This document shows positions 19,101-27,452 of a stretch of DNA of 63,187 nucleotides, piece by piece. How positions within the stretch are numbered: the first letter of the stretch is position 1; each line of letters opens with the position of its first letter. Source of the stretch: Corallococcus exiguus (lineage in GTDB: Bacteria > Myxococcota > Myxococcia > Myxococcales > Myxococcaceae); assembly GCF_012985275.1 (NCBI RefSeq), contig NZ_JABEKY010000003.1; one strand, written 5' to 3'. A program made the translations under genes and the position numbers. Below the pieces are notes generated by a model, which was given only the letters and a program-made list of their open reading frames with translations, made no database searches and was not told the DNA's origin.

Positions 19101-20777
19101 GTCCGCCGCGCGCACTCGCACGGTGAAGGTCCAGTATTCGGTCGCGCGGCATTCCGCGTTGCCGAAGGCCAGGGTGATGCCGTCGTCGAAGCGATAGCGC
19201 ACGTTGGGCACCAGCAGGTCGCCGCCGTCCCACCGGCGCACCACCGCGCCCTGCTCCGGACTGAAGGCCCGGCCCAGCGTGCCTCCCACGGGCAGCGGCA
19301 CGGGGTCCGTGGTGAGCACTGCGCTCGCGTCCGCCAGCTCCAGCTTGCCAGTGTCCGCCTGGACGCCTCGCAGCAGTCGCAGCACTGGCAGCGACGGGCC
19401 TTCCGGCTGGAGCCGGGTGACCCGGTCCTCGATGACGATGAGGTCGCCCGCGCGTAGCTTCGCGGCGCTCGCGGGGGAGACCTGGAGCGTCATCGCATCC
19501 GCCGCTGCGGGCGCGGTCAGCGGGAGCACCGTGGAGCCGTTGTCTCGCGACCACAGCACCACCGGCTGCGCGCCGCCCCGGAAGAACTCCACGCGGAAGT
19601 GGAGGTTGTCGGAGCCCGTGTAGCCCTCTCCCGTGGAGGCGTTCTCCGTGGACAGGCAGCGGTCTCGGCAGGGATCCAGCGGCTCGGGTGGGAAGCGGTC
19701 TGGCAGCGCGCCCTTCGGGATGTTGGTGGTGAGGCGTGCGTCGCTGGTGGGCGTGGGCAGGACCTCCGCATCGGTGTCAGCCAGTCCCTGGAGCGCGCGC
19801 ACCTGGGTGACGAGCCGCAGGCGCACGGTGGTGTCCTGTCCGTCCAGCGCGGGCTCCTCCAGGAACGCGTCGTCGTACTGGGTGGTGGTCTGCTCCCAGC
19901 AGTCGAGGAAGAAGAAGTGGTGCCGCGAGCCGTCCGTGGGCAGCTCCGCCAGCGGATCCGCCTCCGGTAGATCCGGCTGCACGGAGTAGCGCAGATCCTG
20001 CTCCAGGAAGATGCGCACGCCGTCGAGCAGCATGCGGCCCGCGCCCGGCAGCGTCCCGTCACCACCTCTTATAATGATATCGGCCCCCAGCGCCGCGTCC
20101 TCCACTCGCAGCGCGGCCACCCAGGTGCGGGCCACGGGCGGCAGGCCCAGCACGCCCCAGGAGCTCAGCTTCGTCGGGTCCACGCTCGCGAACGCGGCGA
20201 CGGGGAAGCGCACGTCGTTCCATCCCGTGGGCCGCTGCCCCAGACCGGCGGAGAGGACCGCTTCGTTCCCGTCCGTGTCCGCGACGGCCACGCGCAGGTC
20301 GATGAACTCATCGTCGGTGAGCGGTCGTTCGAAGCGCAGGCCGATGACGAGCGCGGAGGCGGTGAAGGTGGTGTCGTCCGAGCGCGGCACGGCCGTGACG
20401 TCCAACGGCGCGGGCAGCGTGCGGCGCAGCGCGATGTGGCCCCGGCTGCGCACCACGAACGGGAGCGTCTCCGTGTCGTAGCGGTCCAGGCGCAGCTCGC
20501 GCGGGATGATGCGCTCGTCGTCCGCGGGCAGTCCCTGCCCCGTCCAGCCGAGCACATTGCGGATGGGATCCACCAGGTACGTGTCGACGATTCGGAAGCC
20601 GTCGTCGGGCGAGCCCTCGGCGACGTCGGCGGAGCGGCGGCGCGAGTCCACGGTGCGCAGCCGCACCTCCTCGTTCCAGTCGGCGTCGAGGCTCATGCGC
20701 CCCATCTGCTGATAGACGCCGGAGAATCGCCGGGCTTCGTCGAAGCGGGACCTGGAGGTGTACGCTTTCACGGTCAT
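13170..20777 (-). CDS. giant (2535 aa) tail-fibre/tailspike-like protein with long right-handed beta-helix (pectate-lyase-fold) repeat region
   Basis: ATGA overlap with the gpI-like gene. The central ~1000 aa contain repeated NxxxG/GNxIxG motifs (VEVRGNRIQGFQVGILV, GNEIRNAVSDGLF, VVDNRIEGDGEST, VRIRGNVVRALGDSAV) typical of parallel beta-helix repeats. Single uninterrupted frame. Confidence 0.8.
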   Translation of the reverse strand: MTVKAYTSRSRFDEARRFSGVYQQMGRMSLDADWNEEVRLRTVDSRRRSADVAEGSPDDGFRIVDTYLVDPIRNVLGWTGQGLPADDERIIPRELRLDRYDTETLPFVVRSRGHIALRRTLPAPLDVTAVPRSDDTTFTASALVIGLRFERPLTDDEFIDLRVAVADTDGNEAVLSAGLGQRPTGWNDVRFPVAAFASVDPTKLSSWGVLGLPPVARTWVAALRVEDAALGADIIIRGGDGTLPGAGRMLLDGVRIFLEQDLRYSVQPDLPEADPLAELPTDGSRHHFFFLDCWEQTTTQYDDAFLEEPALDGQDTTVRLRLVTQVRALQGLADTDAEVLPTPTSDARLTTNIPKGALPDRFPPEPLDPCRDRCLSTENASTGEGYTGSDNLHFRVEFFRGGAQPVVLWSRDNGSTVLPLTAPAAADAMTLQVSPASAAKLRAGDLIVIEDRVTRLQPEGPSLPVLRLLRGVQADTGKLELADASAVLTTDPVPLPVGGTLGRAFSPEQGAVVRRWDGGDLLVPNVRYRFDDGITLAFGNAECRATEYWTFTVRVRAADGAARGEVEQLTDAPVQGPVHHCVPLARVTGGETRIFEDLRPRYLPLAQVRDRLVELSERVIGPGVFTVVVGDGVRSFGDVDQDLLEGITGDEALQAAVDRMGGQGGSIFVRAGRYKLEHPVLLRNLSSVHLLGDGEATELRTQGSGGAFFVDRCGLDGDVRIEDLKLVEAPFEDVVIGGGLQPVVKAVKTSVAMSNGQRFVPLVEVDDDRVLEEDDVKHPSAEADFVDVVVDRIKAIVPGQGRAAGSVVATLVQLRKLQRQHPGQPLEDVPEAKPLLDALAVLPHGVVTLADSSGVTLRRCLIQANQAGSEATGVLVTGTCARIVIDENRVGAATGIAVAPYAPYLAERFLASFPRAGLFVDALAITNNRLQPLGDATTGIHVADGRLAGVEVRGNRIQGFQVGILVQDLAEGGLAGPVDRVVVAENQILGSAAVGIQVAGDGVDVVGNEIRNAVSDGLFQVGIQLAGRALRVRESWISLPAVPAASVLGVVAGIVVGDGLDDGASNGRPASDVEVVDNRIEGDGESTPGFGILLGGPQPVFDVRIRGNVVRALGDSAVRTWGTGGAVGRLRVEDNRFEQVALADVPSQEDNTLALSRLDPGLEAVLSADAKSRPRPLVEALLANATTRVRAPLDAALRWLERLTLRGAVVLAGVDEAQVRGNRLLQVGRTEAYGAPGLPDAEVRAAGIAVVSGSSITVEGNEVDGVHAPVTTTQPPPVTGPVKLPPITVVLQQLSVTSATVRPERADVHSAVVGLYAIVLQYTGANVDGRQKLGRGLYGPLDTLLVELEDLGTVPDSILSALENDVADLRAAQSFNDHTQTAHAVRSSLSRASSFTAPDPVSQEAWDMVAQFDLATVSGKDAVATTADRIKGAFDSLVQGLPSDTKEILLKALARVQGGPGDLTAIVTLAGALSQVAQLREAQAQRARQPVIGQAVGPKKTIIGTFAQAALQQLPLQPGTRGAKANTDVLVQLRLSKDALTDQLQQLHPALASQVEADYRDVERTGGQMQPVVDRMRATLKQVLDFTTGVLPSSDVTPEDGARVAAQGLTATIGLYATNLDRQAAGLVSESDDTVEKQLRSFGTAVGQLGELVSGDAELSALSLQAHQAVLDAIAQPQKRMEQVAIARSLLDRIRVQTLEVLPMPLPPVPVKAEPLERWVSALGALVLAVRGMAPGPVLSGSLQLYLSQYDRVLDIAGIQGRLRTLALQRVSDAITALTSGNGGTPARQALHLLVDEPATTAAEAVAKSSAVTAELDAAAVLLRAVEQALDPAEDDASRVARLQEYLRQRSDKVSASLVAVVTGMQALDAILDMLRKSLEQLARGEAPDPGDLVDPVFDTFPLPADGLFVSGVQGRVRLADNTVRDTVTGITALGAAGHLLTEAPTDPGSLLDVDGNRLEGCAVSGLRLRPDLSVTVVSDNHLFACAGLPTAGEPGMGQAVASFVGSGELVVKGNVFLESGNTLPQAVLHEVAIDWRGETVVRGNTVRHAGGGGGGAGVLVVTDTLPPDLVTKLSRVPFLATDPVPKPSTDGRTVPGNSSPSSIATLASVPRVEDLVQLGSLKQKFATGPVLNRALAVTAADFAPTLSASAAASRYLTATTALVQPALVDFLVKPIPILPKPVVKEKRGVQVEGNDITARGPALLLLGNGGAVISAAVSGNELRSEGGVGAVYLRRADSTVFSGNRCQCLDAVNVVVLRVEKAPVTFTGNVVLGAETVTPPPPVVRPQWLMPSDRLTLQIPVGGGSTLGVPLDQELLLGGLQRRRDVASDAFSTLLAELVFQPTPLPPQARAEVPAKGVLDNATMQDVRSKLPATMDVSMAARTLYGIAVTKDDSPTSALRDLVDRVAMHADNPEDVQGQVRSVLTAADGDPKKALQLVDKSVLGIDSAASTVKESILNVSVLHEVLADSFYTGGTTGPIPVQDAGIRPLPPEPLPDPYAHSVIILGGSRVAAVGNATTSGVHVQEADAVVELNP

Positions 20778-23700
20778 GATCGGCTCATCCGAACGAGGTC
20801 GTCCTGGCTGCGGTCGGCGTGGAAGGGCGTGATGCCAATGGGCATGCTGTCGTCGGTGCGCGCGGAGAGTTCGCGCTCATGGTCGGAGCGCTCGTCGTGG
20901 GCACCGGGGACTCCGCCGCGCTCGGAGGCGTGGAGCGCTTCGGGGCCGTTGTTGTCGCCCAGGACGAGGTAGCCCGGGTCCGTCTGGCGGTTCGACTGGA
21001 AGGACACGGTGTGCACCCGCGACTGGTGCGACACCGGAGGCTGGCCGCCGCGTGCGAGGAGGCTGTAGCGCAGCCAGCCCAGGTCCGGCCGGTCCGTGCG
21101 CACCTCGCCCGCGAACGCGCAGGAGGAAGCCTCCAGCACGCCCGCTTCCGTGGCCCCGAGCACCGTGCAGTGCCGCAGTCGCACGGTCGCGCCCGCCGCT
21201 CGGATGGCGACGGCGTCGCGGTCTCCGGCGTCGAAGGTGCAGCCCGCGGCGATGAGGTGCACCCAGGGCGGCAGTTCGATGATGCCCACCATGCATCCGT
21301 AGAGGCGTAGCTCCACGTCCGCGGGAGGCAGCGAACGCCGCGCGCTGATGTCCTGGTGCCCACCGCCCGGCATCCACAGGCCCACCTGTCCGGGCGCGCC
21401 CAGGTTGCACCAGCGCAGGTCCGCCTGCCCCAGAGCGAGCACCAGCTCCAGCCGTCCCGCGAGCCATAGGCCCGCGAGCCACACGCGCGTGGCCGCACTG
21501 CCTCCGAAGCCCGGGTAGAACGCCAACGAGAGGCCGTGCTCGTCCGCGCCGATGCAGGGCGTAGCACCCGTGTCCGCGGCGAAGAGGGACAGCCCGTTGT
21601 CCAGGCCCTGTGACAGGCGCTCCGGAGCCAGCCGCGGCGAACCAATGAGGCCCAGCACCGGAGATGTTCCGGACGGACTTCCTTCCGCGACGTTCACGAT
21701 GTCCTGCGGTGACTGGCCTCCAGTCGCCAGCACCGAGGACGTGCCGGTTGCGACGATGGGGCGCGCCTGTCCTCCAGTCGCCAGCACTGGAGGCTCTCCG
21801 GCTTGGAGTCCATCCGCGACGGTGGCGACAATGGGCCGCTCCTGGCCTCCGGCCGCCAGCACTCCGCCCGCTCGCTCCGGAGAGATCCATGCGGTGACAG
21901 GAAGGCCGGTGCCGGAACGGTCGCCAGGACGGTCCGGCGGATCAATGAACGGGAAGTCCGGCTCCGCCCACGCGGTGGGCGGACGGCGGTTCGGCGGAAG
22001 CAGCCCCGCTCCCAATGAGGCGCCCCGCCCTACCCGCGCGGAGATAGTGACGCGGCCCACGGGCGCGTCGTCCTGGAGCACGACGCGGCCCAGGCGTGGA
22101 TCCACCGCGACGATGCCGGTGGCGATGCTCGGAGCGAGCGTCGTCCACGGGCCCAGGCTTCGCTGGCGCAGTTGGAACGGGTGGCGACTCAGCCGTCCGG
22201 GCACCGAATAGCGCCGCGCACCGCCGGCCACGGAAGCATCCCGCGAGTGGTACGCACCACCGGGCCGGGAATCGAGCGGGAGCGGCTGGCCCTCGCGAGG
22301 TTCGATGAACGCGGCGCCGTCGTTGGCGACGTTGAAACGCAGGAGTTCATCCGGGAGCAGAGCCAACTCTGGCAGGAAGGCCAGGTAGCCGCGACCGCCC
22401 AATGAGAAGACGACCTCCGACGCGGGCAGCGGCGCCGGATCCGTGAGGAGCACGCGCCCATCGACGTACAGCGCTTCGCCCGGAACCGGCGGGTTCGTGC
22501 CCGAGGCCTCCAGCGGTCCGGCGACCCAGGCATCCTCGCCTGCCTTCAGCGTCATCCATTGAGGGCGCGTCGTGTCCGCCCAGACGAGCGCCTCCACGCC
22601 GTCGGCGGTGGTGGTTGCCACGAGCGTACCGGGCAGGTTCGCGGTGATGGGCAGTGGAGCCAGGGGGCGCCAGACGGGGCTCGCGGAGGCCGGGTCACAC
22701 AGCATCACCGGCACGGCCAGTTCTCCCGTCACGGCCTCGCCGCCCAGGAGCATCAGTCCTTGCGCCGTGCTCAGCAGCGTCGCGGCCTTGCGCTCCTGGC
22801 GGTTGCGCACCGCATGGGGCCGCCACGGTCCGCCCGTGACCGGCAGCGACCAGAGGTCTCCAGTAGGCGCACCGCCCAGGTCACCGCCGAAGACGAAGAG
22901 CCGGCCGCCGCGCACGCACAGGCTGGGAGCCAGTCGCGCCGAGGGCTGCCGAGGGCTCGCGGTGTCCAACCGCGTCCCCGTCGGAGTCACGGTGTCCAGG
23001 CCCGTCACCGACCACACGCCCAGCTTCCCCGTGCCGTCCGGTGCCACCAGCAACAGTGAGTCACCAGCGATGGCCAGGGACATGCCTGGACCGTCTGGAG
23101 GCAACGCGCCGATGAGCTCCGCCACCTGCCAGGGCGCGCCGTCAGCGCTCGCGTCGAAGCGGGCAAGGCGCAGGCTGCCGTCCGCGAGGTGTTGCTCGAT
23201 GCGCGCGACCCACGGCGCACCGGCCAGGTCCACGCGGATGGCGTTGCTGCGAGGAGGCCCCTGGCGCAGACCCACGGTGAGGGTGCGCCACGTGCCGTCC
23301 GCGTCGCGCAGTCGCGGCTCACCGCTCACCCGTTCAACGAGCAACGCCGCCGTGGTGCCGCCCAGGAGCTGGTTCGCTTCCGGCGTAACGGTGACGGCGT
23401 TCAGTGCGTCCGACACCAGTTCAGTGGACAGGAGCACCGTGTCCGAGTTCTCACGCGCGGCCAGCAGCGTCAGTCGCCAGGTGTCTCCAGGCGAAGGCCT
23501 GCCCCTGTCCGCGAAGCGCAGCGTGGGGGCGGGCCCCAAGGGCGCGGTGGGCAGGGGGCCACGCAGAAGCGGCAGGGCTTCCGGACCCACCAGCGGAATG
23601 CCGTCGACGGAGACGGTGATGGCATCCGCGCGTTCAGCGACGGCGGCGTCCTCGGCCAGCGAGGTAGGGGTGAGCAGCATCGCCGCCGTGCGTCCCGTGA

Positions 23701-24544
23701 CGAGCGACGGAGGCGCGGGCTCATGGCGAGCGGAGAGGCCTCCAGTGAGGTCCGCGCGCTCCAGGGGTTTGAGCCACACCAGGGGGCCATCGCGGTCCAG
23801 TGGATCCACGCGAAAGCCCCGGTAGCCGTTGGGCAGCGTGAGCACGGTGGCCGGGGTGACTTCCTCCAACTCCACGGGCGTCAGGCGCGCGGTTCGGATG
23901 AGGGCAACATCCGGACGTGCCCAGCCCAGCAGGTCCAGCGTGCGCGGCGTCGCGGCGACACGGCCCGCATCCGCGCTCCCCAGCCGGCGCAAGGCCTGGT
24001 CCAGCGTCTCCCCGGGAGCGATGCCAATGAAGGGGCCACGCTCCGGGACACCATCGCGGGGACGCTCGATGCCAGGCGAGCGGCGGGTGAGCGGATCCGC
24101 GAGGCCGATCGGATCCCACATCACCGCGCTGCGGCCGCGCCAGGGCAGCAGGTCGTTGAGGTCCTGGGTCTCCAGCAACGAACGGAAGGACTCATCCACC
24201 TCCGCGTCCCAGAGGCTGGTGACGGAGAGCACCTCCTCCAGCGACGCGAGCGTGCCTTTCCGTCTTCGCCACGCCACCGCGCGAGCCACCACTCCGCGCT
24301 GCACGCGAGGGTCATCGGTGATCAGCCGTGCGCCCATCAACTCCGCGAGCAACGGCAGCGCCTGCGGACCCGCACGCTCCACGAAGTGATCATCCCAGAG
24401 CTGATCCACCGCGCGCGCGAACGCATCCAGCTCCATGCCCAGCACGGCGAGCAGCTTGAGGAGCGGCTGATCCGCGAGCGTGGAGTCCCGCGCCGTGTAG
24501 AGACCCGGGAGGAGTTGGAGCAGCCGCTGAGAAGGAGGGCTCAT
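20774..24544 (-). CDS. baseplate protein, P2 gpI-like (Tail_P2_I N-terminal domain) with Kelch-like repeats and an internal tandem-repeat segment (1256 aa)
   Basis: N-terminus LLPGLYTARDSTLADQPLLKLLAVLGMELDAFA...DPRVQRGVVARAVAWRRRKGTLASLEEVL matches the gpI family, including the RRKGT motif. AAGGAGGG lies 4 nt upstream of the ATG. Several LxVxGG/GGxxxxxDLW Kelch-like motifs. Confidence 0.75.
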   Translation of the reverse strand: MSPPSQRLLQLLPGLYTARDSTLADQPLLKLLAVLGMELDAFARAVDQLWDDHFVERAGPQALPLLAELMGARLITDDPRVQRGVVARAVAWRRRKGTLASLEEVLSVTSLWDAEVDESFRSLLETQDLNDLLPWRGRSAVMWDPIGLADPLTRRSPGIERPRDGVPERGPFIGIAPGETLDQALRRLGSADAGRVAATPRTLDLLGWARPDVALIRTARLTPVELEEVTPATVLTLPNGYRGFRVDPLDRDGPLVWLKPLERADLTGGLSARHEPAPPSLVTGRTAAMLLTPTSLAEDAAVAERADAITVSVDGIPLVGPEALPLLRGPLPTAPLGPAPTLRFADRGRPSPGDTWRLTLLAARENSDTVLLSTELVSDALNAVTVTPEANQLLGGTTAALLVERVSGEPRLRDADGTWRTLTVGLRQGPPRSNAIRVDLAGAPWVARIEQHLADGSLRLARFDASADGAPWQVAELIGALPPDGPGMSLAIAGDSLLLVAPDGTGKLGVWSVTGLDTVTPTGTRLDTASPRQPSARLAPSLCVRGGRLFVFGGDLGGAPTGDLWSLPVTGGPWRPHAVRNRQERKAATLLSTAQGLMLLGGEAVTGELAVPVMLCDPASASPVWRPLAPLPITANLPGTLVATTTADGVEALVWADTTRPQWMTLKAGEDAWVAGPLEASGTNPPVPGEALYVDGRVLLTDPAPLPASEVVFSLGGRGYLAFLPELALLPDELLRFNVANDGAAFIEPREGQPLPLDSRPGGAYHSRDASVAGGARRYSVPGRLSRHPFQLRQRSLGPWTTLAPSIATGIVAVDPRLGRVVLQDDAPVGRVTISARVGRGASLGAGLLPPNRRPPTAWAEPDFPFIDPPDRPGDRSGTGLPVTAWISPERAGGVLAAGGQERPIVATVADGLQAGEPPVLATGGQARPIVATGTSSVLATGGQSPQDIVNVAEGSPSGTSPVLGLIGSPRLAPERLSQGLDNGLSLFAADTGATPCIGADEHGLSLAFYPGFGGSAATRVWLAGLWLAGRLELVLALGQADLRWCNLGAPGQVGLWMPGGGHQDISARRSLPPADVELRLYGCMVGIIELPPWVHLIAAGCTFDAGDRDAVAIRAAGATVRLRHCTVLGATEAGVLEASSCAFAGEVRTDRPDLGWLRYSLLARGGQPPVSHQSRVHTVSFQSNRQTDPGYLVLGDNNGPEALHASERGGVPGAHDERSDHERELSARTDDSMPIGITPFHADRSQDDLVRMSRS
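21714..21870. repeat. imperfect tandem DNA repeat (3 copies, unit 54-75 bp) inside the gpI-like gene encoding LA(A/T)GGQxxPIVAT peptide repeats
   Basis: tggcctccagtcgccagcac at ~21714, tgtcctccagtcgccagcac at ~21768 and tggcctccggccgccagcac at ~21843. Confidence 0.5.
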
Positions 24545-24649
24545 GAGGCCTGCCCCTCCACGACTGGGAGCGTCGCGGCCACGCCGTAACGCGCCGCACC
24601 AAGCGCCCGAACATCAATGCCGTGAACCTCCCGCCCGACACGGTCCCAA

Positions 24650-24856
24650 CCTGTCCGACTGTCGGACAGGCTCCCGCTGCTCGGCTGGCGCGGAGGTCCA
24701 CCGCCCCAGTCCATCAAACCTGTCCGACTGTCGGACAGGTTTTCACTGCTCGGCTGGCCCGGAGGTCCCCAGCCCCGGTCCTCCAATCCTGTCCGACTGT
24801 CGGACAGGTTCTTGCGGTGCGCCGCAGCCGGGAGTCCCCGCAGGGTTCCCTCTTTC
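24650..24856. repeat. three tandem 69-bp repeats, each beginning with the 21-bp perfect palindrome CCTGTCCGACTGTCGGACAGG, in the 382-bp intergenic region inside the contractile-tail operon
   Basis: Palindromes at 24650-24670, 24719-24739 and 24788-24808, so the period is exactly 69 bp. The sequences following each palindrome are similar (ctgctcggctggcgcggaggtcc / ctgctcggctggcccggaggtcc). The motif is not part of any convincing ORF. Confidence 0.6.
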
Positions 24857-24926
24857 TCAGCCACGGAGACTGACCCCATGTCCGCGGGCCTGGGGCTGGG
24901 GCCGGTCGGGCGCGTCGAGGCGGGGC

Positions 24927-27452
24927 TCATAGGTCCTGGGCCTCCTCGTAGGTGAGCGCGACGCCATCGCTTTCTCCGGACGGCGGGGCCCAGGCGAGCA
25001 GTTCGCCGGGCGCGGTGACGATGCGCTCGAAGAGGGCTGGCGGCGTGCCTTCGCGATGCAGCCGCTGCACCACCACCGAACGCAGGCCCGTGATCTCCGC
25101 GAGCGCGCCGTATAGGTCCGACAGCTGAAGATCCTGTCCCAGCTCCACGCGATCCGGATCCAGCAGTCCAGGCTCACGCTCCGGGTCGCGGTCCACGCCC
25201 AGCCGCAGACGCGTCTCTTGAAGCACCGCGACCGGATCCGCGCCCTTCACCACGCGCAGCAGCACCCGCAGCCGCACTTCCACACGCTGCCGGTTGATCA
25301 GGTTCAGCTCCACCTTCGGCGCCACCCGTGCCGCCAGGTGCGCGTGGAGAGCTTCCAGATCGGCTGCGCCCAGGGCTACTCCTTCCGGCCCAGCCACCAC
25401 CACCTTCAGCGAACGGCGGCGCACGCCATCCCGGAACACGTTCGCGCGGTGCACGCCGTCGAATACCAACGTCAGCGCCTGCACGTCCGAGAGCGACACT
25501 GCGCGGTCCATCGCGCCCACCGTGGCTGGCCCTCGCACGCGCGCCAGCGCCGGTGCCTCCGGATCCGTTCCTCCGGCCAGCGGCAACGGGTTGAACGTCT
25601 TCTCCACGCAGGGATGCGGGCTCGCCATTGCCAGCAGCCGCAGCGCGGCCCGGTTGCCGCCCGTCCCTCTGCCCACCCGGTAGCGGACCCGCACCTCCGC
25701 GCCCAGGGGCAACGCCGAACCATGGTCCCCTTCCCCGAAGCGCAGCCGCGCGGCCCCGGCCGGCAGCGACTCGACCGCGAAGGCCAGCTCATCCGGCGCG
25801 GCGTCCAACAACGAATCCACCTGCATCCACGCGCGGCCTCCCACCGTCAGGGACACCTCCGGCCGGCGGCCTCCCGCGCGGCTCGGGTCGCGCAACCAGG
25901 TCACCGGCCCATGCAGCAGCGACACCGTGCGCAGATCCAGCGCGGGCACCGCGATCTCCTCCACCGTGGAGCCCTCGCTGACGAGCGTGTTGTTTCCCAG
26001 CAACACCACGCCGTCCAACGAGTACGCGCGCGACAGCGGTGGCTGGAACGTCACCTGCGTCATCGGCGTGCGCTGACCGGGCGGAACCTCCGTGCGGACG
26101 CGCAGCACGCGCAGTGCTTCGCGGTAGATCCGCTCCGTGCCCTTCGCTCCTCCGGGGCCCAGACGCTCCACGTCCTCGGCCAGCACGAACCAGTCTCCTG
26201 GCCGCACCGGCGGCTCCTGTGAGGTGAGCCCGGAGGCATCCGTCAGCGGCAGCAGGTAGAGGGAGTCCGTTCCGGATGCCGCCACGCCCAACGGCCGGGC
26301 CACTCCCGCTTCCGCGCCGAAGGCCTGGTCCGCCCGGTTCAGCGCTTCACTGCCCTTGAGGATGACGAGTTGATCCCGTGCCTCCTGGATGAGGCTGTTC
26401 ACGAAGGCATCCAGGAACGTGACCATCCTGTCCAACCGGACCGCGTGCACGGTCGGGTCCTCGTCCGCGCACGGGGCCAGCGCCTCCTCCAGCGCGGCCA
26501 GTGCGTCCGCCTGCCGCTTCTGCAAGTTGCGGAGCTGGCGGGCGAGGATCTCCTGCGACTCGGACAACGCGCCCACGGGACGGCCGGGGGGAGGCACCGC
26601 CTGCGCCACGGCCTTCTGGGCCTCGCACAGTTGTTCGCAGAGCGCGTCCAGCGTGCTCTTGCACGCCGCATCCCCGCCCAGGTCCAACGTCTTCATCAAC
26701 AACGCCAGCTTGCGAGCATCCTGCTTCGCGCGAGCCACCTGCCGTTCCTCCAGCGGACCGTGGCGCTGCACCTCGATGCGTTCCTGAAGCCCCGCGACCA
26801 CCGAGCCAGTCCCGAAGATGCCGCCCGTGGGAGCCGGAGCCCCAGGCTCACCCGCCTCGCCGGAAGGCGCACCGGTCCCACCACCCGTTCCACCCGTCCC
26901 CGTGCCTCCACCTGTTCCCGTTCCCCCGCCCGTCTCCGTCCCAGTTCCAGTTCCTGTCCCCGCTCCAACCAGAGGGGGCAGGAACGCGCGCAGTTCGTTG
27001 AGCTCCGGCAACAGGCGCAGCGGCGCGAGCGTCTCGAACACAGCGGCGGTCTCTTCCCCCTCCGCCGCCGAATTCACCGCCGTTCCCGGCGACAGCGTGC
27101 CGCGCACGTTCGCCTTGCAGCGGAAGTGCTGGAGCCCCACCGCCGCGGTGCCCGGACTCGGCCGATAACCGATGTGCCCGAGCAGCTTGGAGACGGAGTC
27201 CTCCAGCCGCGCCGTGGCGAGGAAGCTCTCCTCCGCCCACGCCTGCTGATACGTCCACAGCACGTGCAGCGCGAGCGCCACGCTGTCCAGCAGCCCCCGC
27301 CCCAGGTCCACCGAGGATGGCGCCGCGTACGCGAGCGGATTCCACGTGGGCGCTTCGTCCAGCCGGGTGAAGACGATGCGCGCCGACTCGCCCAGCCGGG
27401 TGCGGAGCTGCTCATGCGTCAGCGCCTGGTGCGTGGAGGGAACGCGGCTCAT
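24927..27452 (-). CDS. baseplate J-like (gp6-like) protein, second paralog (841 aa) with Gly/Thr-rich linker
   Basis: ATGA overlap with the upstream J1 stop. The C-terminus NPLPLAGGTDPEAP...RAVSLSDVQALTL...LQLSDLYGALAEITGLRSVVVQRL matches the Baseplate_J C-terminal pattern. Linker GTGTGTGTETGGGTGTGGGTGTGGTGGGTG. Confidence 0.7.
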   Translation of the reverse strand: MSRVPSTHQALTHEQLRTRLGESARIVFTRLDEAPTWNPLAYAAPSSVDLGRGLLDSVALALHVLWTYQQAWAEESFLATARLEDSVSKLLGHIGYRPSPGTAAVGLQHFRCKANVRGTLSPGTAVNSAAEGEETAAVFETLAPLRLLPELNELRAFLPPLVGAGTGTGTGTETGGGTGTGGGTGTGGTGGGTGAPSGEAGEPGAPAPTGGIFGTGSVVAGLQERIEVQRHGPLEERQVARAKQDARKLALLMKTLDLGGDAACKSTLDALCEQLCEAQKAVAQAVPPPGRPVGALSESQEILARQLRNLQKRQADALAALEEALAPCADEDPTVHAVRLDRMVTFLDAFVNSLIQEARDQLVILKGSEALNRADQAFGAEAGVARPLGVAASGTDSLYLLPLTDASGLTSQEPPVRPGDWFVLAEDVERLGPGGAKGTERIYREALRVLRVRTEVPPGQRTPMTQVTFQPPLSRAYSLDGVVLLGNNTLVSEGSTVEEIAVPALDLRTVSLLHGPVTWLRDPSRAGGRRPEVSLTVGGRAWMQVDSLLDAAPDELAFAVESLPAGAARLRFGEGDHGSALPLGAEVRVRYRVGRGTGGNRAALRLLAMASPHPCVEKTFNPLPLAGGTDPEAPALARVRGPATVGAMDRAVSLSDVQALTLVFDGVHRANVFRDGVRRRSLKVVVAGPEGVALGAADLEALHAHLAARVAPKVELNLINRQRVEVRLRVLLRVVKGADPVAVLQETRLRLGVDRDPEREPGLLDPDRVELGQDLQLSDLYGALAEITGLRSVVVQRLHREGTPPALFERIVTAPGELLAWAPPSGESDGVALTYEEAQDL

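Noticed and set aside
12690-20065. Many long plus-strand ORFs (12690..14483, 14341..15234, 15777..17675, 17089..18249, 17706..19457 and others) lying opposite the giant minus-strand gene
   Set aside because: They are antisense to a continuous 7.6-kb minus frame whose product has recognisable beta-helix repeats. Their products are Arg/Gly/His/Pro-rich low complexity, as expected for frame artefacts in 70% GC DNA.
24650-24856. Possible CRISPR array
   Set aside because: Only three repeats. The units are palindromic and the inter-palindrome segments resemble each other, so they are not unique spacers. No cas genes are present. This is a tandem-repeat or REP-like element.
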